In this document: positions 60,256 to 64,000 of the stretch, in pieces
Layout of the letters: the number at the start of each line of letters is the position of its first letter
How positions within the stretch are numbered: position 1 is the stretch's first letter
Source of the DNA: Bacteroidota bacterium
Lineage (GTDB): Bacteria > Bacteroidota > Bacteroidia > JABDFU01
Direction: 5' to 3'
Length of the DNA stretch: 64,000 nt
Assembly (NCBI GenBank): GCA_013286655.1
Contig: JABDFG010000002.1
Coordinates: 21,125-85,124 of the forward strand
Translations under genes and position numbers: made by a program
Notes under the pieces: model-generated
Databases searched by the model: none
Seen by the model: the letters and a program-made list of their open reading frames with translations, nothing else
Told to the model about the DNA's origin: nothing

Positions 60256-61458
60256 CTACTGCAAAACAATCCGCTTAGTGCTTAGTTCTTTTGGTGTTGC
60301 TACCTGCAGGAAATAAACGCCACGGTTTAGTCCGCTGAGGTTAATATCCAGGTTCAGATTGCTTTGGTTCGGGGATAAAACCTGCGTGTATGTTTCTCTG
60401 CCTACCAGGTCGGTTATTTTAAGGGATGTGTATCCGTTTCCTTCCAGGTGTAAGGTCATTTGTCCATTGCTGGGATTAGGGAAAATGGTGATGTTTTCAT
60501 TGAGGGCTGTGAATGAATTGATTCCTGAAGGTTTTGGATGGTAATAGTAATAAGTACTGTCTGTACTTATAAAAGCATTGTGAAAGTTGCTCCAGGATTC
60601 GTATAAATCGCTTACCTGATTTTTGTTTGCGTCGTAAGTGTAGAGGTCTTTAAAATAGTTCATCCATGTACTGCCTGACCAGCTTTGCCATAAATCACTG
60701 GTCTGGTTATTATTGACATCGTAGGTATATAGTAAACGGTAGGAATTTGCCCAGGTATTTCCTGTCCAGGTCAGGTTTGAATCAGATGTTTGATTGTTAT
60801 GGGCGTCATAGGCGTAGAGGTCTTCTATGCTGTTCATCCATGCGTTTGTCCAATATTGTGATACGTCACTTATCTGGTTATTACCGGCGTTGTAAGTATA
60901 GCTATCCAAGATGTTGTTTCCCCATGCGCTACCTGTCCAGGACAGATTGGTTTCGCTTTTTAGATTATTGTTGACATCATAAGTAAATATATTCAAATTT
61001 ACATTTTGCCATGCGCTACCTGTCCAGGTTTTTAGGGTATCACTTTTTATGTTGTTGTTTGCGTTGTAGGTATAAATATCCAGTGAGTAATTTTCCCATG
61101 TGTTGCCAGTCCAGGCTTGAACTGTTTGACTTGTTTGGTTATTGTTAATATCGTAGGCCAGCAGGTATTGATAAGAATTAACCCAAGTGCTGCCTACAAG
61201 GGTTTGGGAGTATGTTTTTATGTTGTTATTTTTTGCATCATAGGTTAAAATTATCTTATTTGAATCATTCCATGCATGTTTAACACTGTCCCGGGACCAA
61301 GTGTATATGCTGTCGCAGAGGTTAAGGGTTGCTGCTTGTCTTAATTGGGAAGCAGTATATTTCATGTGCTGCTTATTTGCGGGCTTGGTTTTGGCGAAGC
61401 CTGAGCTTATTAAACTAATGGAGATCAATGAGGCTAAAAATAGTTGTTTGGTTTTCAT
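60256..61458 (-). CDS. T9SS type-A cargo protein built from ~9 tandem ~20-aa repeats (TYD.NNNQTSD..W.G..W.N)
   Basis: 400 aa with a signal peptide and a visible periodicity of about 60 nt in the DNA. The C-terminus IFPNPSNGQMTLHLEG...GVYFLQV matches the type-A CTD. Confidence 0.75.
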   Translation of the reverse strand: MKTKQLFLASLISISLISSGFAKTKPANKQHMKYTASQLRQAATLNLCDSIYTWSRDSVKHAWNDSNKIILTYDAKNNNIKTYSQTLVGSTWVNSYQYLLAYDINNNQTSQTVQAWTGNTWENYSLDIYTYNANNNIKSDTLKTWTGSAWQNVNLNIFTYDVNNNLKSETNLSWTGSAWGNNILDSYTYNAGNNQISDVSQYWTNAWMNSIEDLYAYDAHNNQTSDSNLTWTGNTWANSYRLLYTYDVNNNQTSDLWQSWSGSTWMNYFKDLYTYDANKNQVSDLYESWSNFHNAFISTDSTYYYYHPKPSGINSFTALNENITIFPNPSNGQMTLHLEGNGYTSLKITDLVGRETYTQVLSPNQSNLNLDINLSGLNRGVYFLQVATPKELSTKRIVLQ

Positions 61459-61528
61459 GTTGTTGTTTGGTTTTGAATAAATTAGAAATGTTTTTTTTAG
61501 TTTTTAAAATTTTAAGTTTGCTTCCTGC

Positions 61529-61984
61529 TTATTCGGTATCCTCTTTTACAGCGGTTACGATATTGTCCTTGTTCAGGTAAAACATTTTCCGGTAAGTGTA
61601 GGTATATACGCCTGTTTTACCTCCGCCGGATGTTGTTATCGTCCGGTATATTAAGATGGTGCCTCCTTGTCCCTGAGCGTCATCTATAATATTATCCGGA
61701 GGACCGTATATTGTATAAACCTCGCTTTTTGTTTTACCAACGCATGCCTGAAATTTTGCTTCGTCTGCCCTTGCTCTTGCCTTTCGTGCTGAAATAACTA
61801 CTACCAAAACAAGAGTTGTAACCACAACCAGTGCAACAAACGAGGTAATGGCTCTATTCTCCAGGTTTTGCTGGTCTTCTTGTCCTTGTTGCATCAATTG
61901 TTGCTGAGAAGTTGAAAATTGGGCTGAGCTTGTTCCAATTGACAGAATAAGGATAAGACAAATAATGTTTTTAATTGTTTTCAT
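61529..61984 (-). CDS. Hypothetical secreted/membrane protein immediately downstream of a LytTR regulator
   Basis: 151 aa with a signal peptide, a Gln-rich segment and a TM helix (VALVVVTTLVLVVVI). Confidence 0.45.
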   Translation of the reverse strand: MKTIKNIICLILILSIGTSSAQFSTSQQQLMQQGQEDQQNLENRAITSFVALVVVTTLVLVVVISARKARARADEAKFQACVGKTKSEVYTIYGPPDNIIDDAQGQGGTILIYRTITTSGGGKTGVYTYTYRKMFYLNKDNIVTAVKEDTE

Positions 61985-62032
61985 GTGTATTTATTTTCTG
62001 GGTTTAAAGGTCATAAGTGTATTCTGATTTAT

Positions 62033-62068
62033 GGAACAAACATAATGCCTTAAAAAGGAACTATAATG
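62033..62068 (-). promoter_or_regulatory. Candidate LytTR operator: CATTATAGTTCC / CATTATGTTTGTTCC direct repeats, 21-bp phasing, 58 bp upstream of the 61984 start
   Basis: On the minus strand CATTAT lies at 62068-62063 and 62047-62042. Same architecture as the repeats at 11053 and 42200. Confidence 0.45.
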
Positions 62069-62120
62069 GATAATACATCGTAAAATTCAATGAATCTCGT
62101 GAACGATGGGAATGATCCAG

Positions 62121-62876
62121 TTAACGCGAAGGTGAATTCAGTTTTTCGATTAATTGGATCAGACTTGTTCTTTGGGAAACGGGAATAAGTGTTCCGTCGT
62201 TTAATTGTATATCGCCCTGGGACTTCAGGTATTTTTTTATGGCCTGGACGTTTACCAGATGTGATTTGTGTACCCGCAGAAAGTTCTGCCCCTGTAAAAG
62301 TTCGTCGAATTCTTTTAGGGTGCGTGTGACCAGTATTTTTTCTCCGCTTTCGAGGTGAAACATCGTATAGGTATCCTGTGCCTGGCACCTGACTATTTTT
62401 TCTGTTTCCACAAAGTGAAAACTGTCGAGTGTGGAAAGGATTATTTTTTTGAAAGGAGCTGAGGGGTTATGAAGATTCTGTCCAAGTAGTTTTATTTTGG
62501 AATTTAGTTCGGGAGAAGCGTCTTTGGTTTTTATTTTTTGTACGGCGCTTATCAGCTCATCTATGTCGATTGGTTTCAGCAAGTAGTCCAGGGCACTGAA
62601 TTTGAATGCTTTTATCGCGTATTGGCTGTAGGCGGTGGTGAAAATTATCCGGAAGGTGATTTCTTTGAATTGTTCAATCAGGTTAAATCCGGTTCCGTCC
62701 GGCAATTGTATGTCCAGAAAAATTATGTCGGGCTGATGTTTGGTGATTTGTTCGACTCCTGATTTAACACTGTCTGCTTCCGCCAGAATTTTGATTTCCG
62801 GGCAATAGACTTTCAGGTGATTGCATAAGGTAATTCTTGATTTTTTTTCGTCGTCTATAATTACCGCGTTTATCAT
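62121..62876 (-). CDS. LytTR-family response regulator
   Basis: 251 aa with a receiver (IIDDE, FLDIQLP) and a LytTR domain (FLRVHKSHLV). Confidence 0.85.
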   Translation of the reverse strand: MINAVIIDDEKKSRITLCNHLKVYCPEIKILAEADSVKSGVEQITKHQPDIIFLDIQLPDGTGFNLIEQFKEITFRIIFTTAYSQYAIKAFKFSALDYLLKPIDIDELISAVQKIKTKDASPELNSKIKLLGQNLHNPSAPFKKIILSTLDSFHFVETEKIVRCQAQDTYTMFHLESGEKILVTRTLKEFDELLQGQNFLRVHKSHLVNVQAIKKYLKSQGDIQLNDGTLIPVSQRTSLIQLIEKLNSPSR

Positions 62877-62877
62877 T

Positions 62878-64000
62878 TTATTGCAATGGTATTGTTAATT
62901 CTACTCTTGTACCTTTTGGCGTATGGTCTTCGTCTTCCAGATCGGTTATGCGCAAATGTACGTCTGTATTCTTCCGGATATTGATTAATTCTAATCGTTC
63001 CTGTGTGATGGACATCGCAATGGATTTGTGGGCTATGCCCATTTTTTCTTTCTTTTCGTTTGCTTTTTTTCTTCCGATTCCATTGTCTTTGATTTCACAT
63101 TGCAAGTTATTGGTTGACAATTTAAAAGAAATGTTTATTTCTCCCTTCTGATCTTGTCTTGGTGCGATGCCATGTATAATTGCATTTTCTATGTAAGGTT
63201 GCAGGAGCATGGATGGTACTGTTATTGTTTCAGGGTCAATGTTTTCGTCTACGGAGATGGTATAGTTGAAGGGGCTATCAAATCGTAATTTTTCCAATTC
63301 CATATAATCTTCGAGTGTTTTGAGTTCGGCTTCCAGGGGAATAAATGTATGCAATGAATTTTCAAGGGTTAATCGTATCAGGCGGGCGAACTTGGACAGG
63401 TATCTGGATGCTGAACGTGCATCGTTTTGTGTCATAAAACTTTGAATGGCATTCATGCAATTGAAAATGAAATGTGGATTCATTTGTGACCGTAAGGCTT
63501 TTAGTTCTGCATTGAACCATTTCAGTTCCAATTCGAATTTATTTTTTTCTGATCGTATTCTGTTTGTTTTAAGCTTTTGAATAAAGAAGGCGACTGCTCC
63601 GGTACTCAGCAGGATGACAAATAAAAGGCTGAAGTAAGCAATTTTTTTTTCAGATCTTTCCTGCTCCAGAATTCGTTCTTTTTTTTCCTGCTCGGCGTTT
63701 TCAATGGCTTTCTTTTTTTCCTGCTCTAGTTTCATTTCAGCCAGAAGAATTTTCTTTGTTTTCTCCTGGTTAAACAAACTGTCTTTGGTAATAATGTATT
63801 CTTTGTAATGTTCGAAGGCCTGTGCCGGACGATTGGTTTTTATATAGATGTCAGCTAGTTTTTGTTGAATGTCTTTCACCAGATACAAAACGCCAATTTC
63901 TTTTGAAATGCTCAGCCCATCATTTTCATATGCGAGGGCCCTGGTGTAATCTCCTTGCTTGAAATAAATGCTTCCCAGATTGGCATACGCAGCGGCTATT
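62878..64000 (-). CDS. LytS-type sensor histidine kinase with N-terminal TPR repeats, partial (N-terminus beyond the window end)
   Basis: H-box MNPHFIFNCMNAI and an ATP-binding region (DNGIGR). The reading frame continues without a stop to position 64000 (TPR-like ...IAAAYANLGSIYFKQGDYTRALAYE...). The track start at 63888 is a TTG inside this open frame. Confidence 0.75.
   Translation of the reverse strand, partial: IAAAYANLGSIYFKQGDYTRALAYENDGLSISKEIGVLYLVKDIQQKLADIYIKTNRPAQAFEHYKEYIITKDSLFNQEKTKKILLAEMKLEQEKKKAIENAEQEKKERILEQERSEKKIAYFSLLFVILLSTGAVAFFIQKLKTNRIRSEKNKFELELKWFNAELKALRSQMNPHFIFNCMNAIQSFMTQNDARSASRYLSKFARLIRLTLENSLHTFIPLEAELKTLEDYMELEKLRFDSPFNYTISVDENIDPETITVPSMLLQPYIENAIIHGIAPRQDQKGEINISFKLSTNNLQCEIKDNGIGRKKANEKKEKMGIAHKSIAMSITQERLELINIRKNTDVHLRITDLEDEDHTPKGTRVELTIPLQ

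Noticed and set aside
60220-61260. Periodic ~60-nt repeats, briefly considered as a CRISPR-like array
   Set aside because: The repeats are in frame within a coding sequence and encode a ~20-aa protein repeat. The spacing is not repeat-spacer-like and the units are divergent.

Overview
This is a 64 kb chromosomal segment of a Bacteroidota genome. It reads as Sphingobacteriia/Chitinophagia-like: T9SS C-terminal sorting domains, many LytTR regulators and an ACIII respiratory operon. Coding density is high on both strands. The recognisable blocks, in order, are:

- **Left edge:** a polyprenyl-phosphate glycosyltransferase (GT2) next to a polytopic membrane protein that runs off the window edge.
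- **1.7-2.6 kb:** an AbiEii-like nucleotidyltransferase with a small overlapping partner gene (toxin-antitoxin/Abi-like).
- **2.6-7.2 kb:** an orphan scoB (no scoA) with an aldehyde dehydrogenase, and an OmpR-type two-component pair.
- **7.2-14.6 kb (minus-strand cluster):** LiaF-like membrane protein, DUF4288-like protein, LytS-type kinase, LytTR regulator and an SDR reductase, with a 1167-aa T9SS type-B cargo gene at the upstream end.
- **15-26 kb (housekeeping):** cyclophilin, pheS, kbl, gdhA, a RidA-family gene, then the conserved accC-accB-fabH-plsX-rpmF-yceD cluster.
- **27.4 kb:** tRNA-Arg(CCG).
- **28.2-39.9 kb:** a complete alternative complex III operon actABCDEF followed directly by cytochrome oxidase subunits II and I.
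- **41.4-47.8 kb:** an orphan LytTR regulator upstream of an 1825-aa T9SS type-A beta-helix surface protein.
- **47.8-56.8 kb:** a second T9SS type-B cargo gene, several outer-membrane beta-barrel paralogs, a lipase and a DUF2911-like protein.
- **55.0-59.4 kb:** a trio of overlapping genes made of a secreted LmbE/PIG-L deacetylase, a 38-aa membrane peptide and a Na+/solute symporter.
- **59.5-64 kb:** a PIN/antitoxin pair, a T9SS type-A repeat protein, and a third LytTR/kinase pair that runs off the right edge.

The most interesting non-coding signals are below.

- **LytTR operators:** a recurring direct repeat, CATTAYA-like words exactly 21 bp apart, lies 58-74 bp upstream of genes next to each of the three LytTR regulators.
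- **ACIII/cox spacers:** two homologous intergenic elements of about 78 nt carry an AGTCTNNAGACT palindrome.
- **Word repeats:** a family of GCGAATAGC/CCAATAGC/ATTAGC-rich repeats occurs in at least six intergenic spacers of conserved operons, sometimes in long-range inverted arrangement.
- **Gene debris:** a roughly 520-bp low-coding island is flanked by imperfect direct repeats, and a 24-codon relic of a paralog of the 51458 gene sits in an intergenic spacer.

No CRISPR array, rRNA or obvious complete mobile element was seen. The ORF track marks TTG and GTG starts as M, so several starts were moved to the nearest in-frame ATG where a signal peptide or conserved N-terminus supported it.
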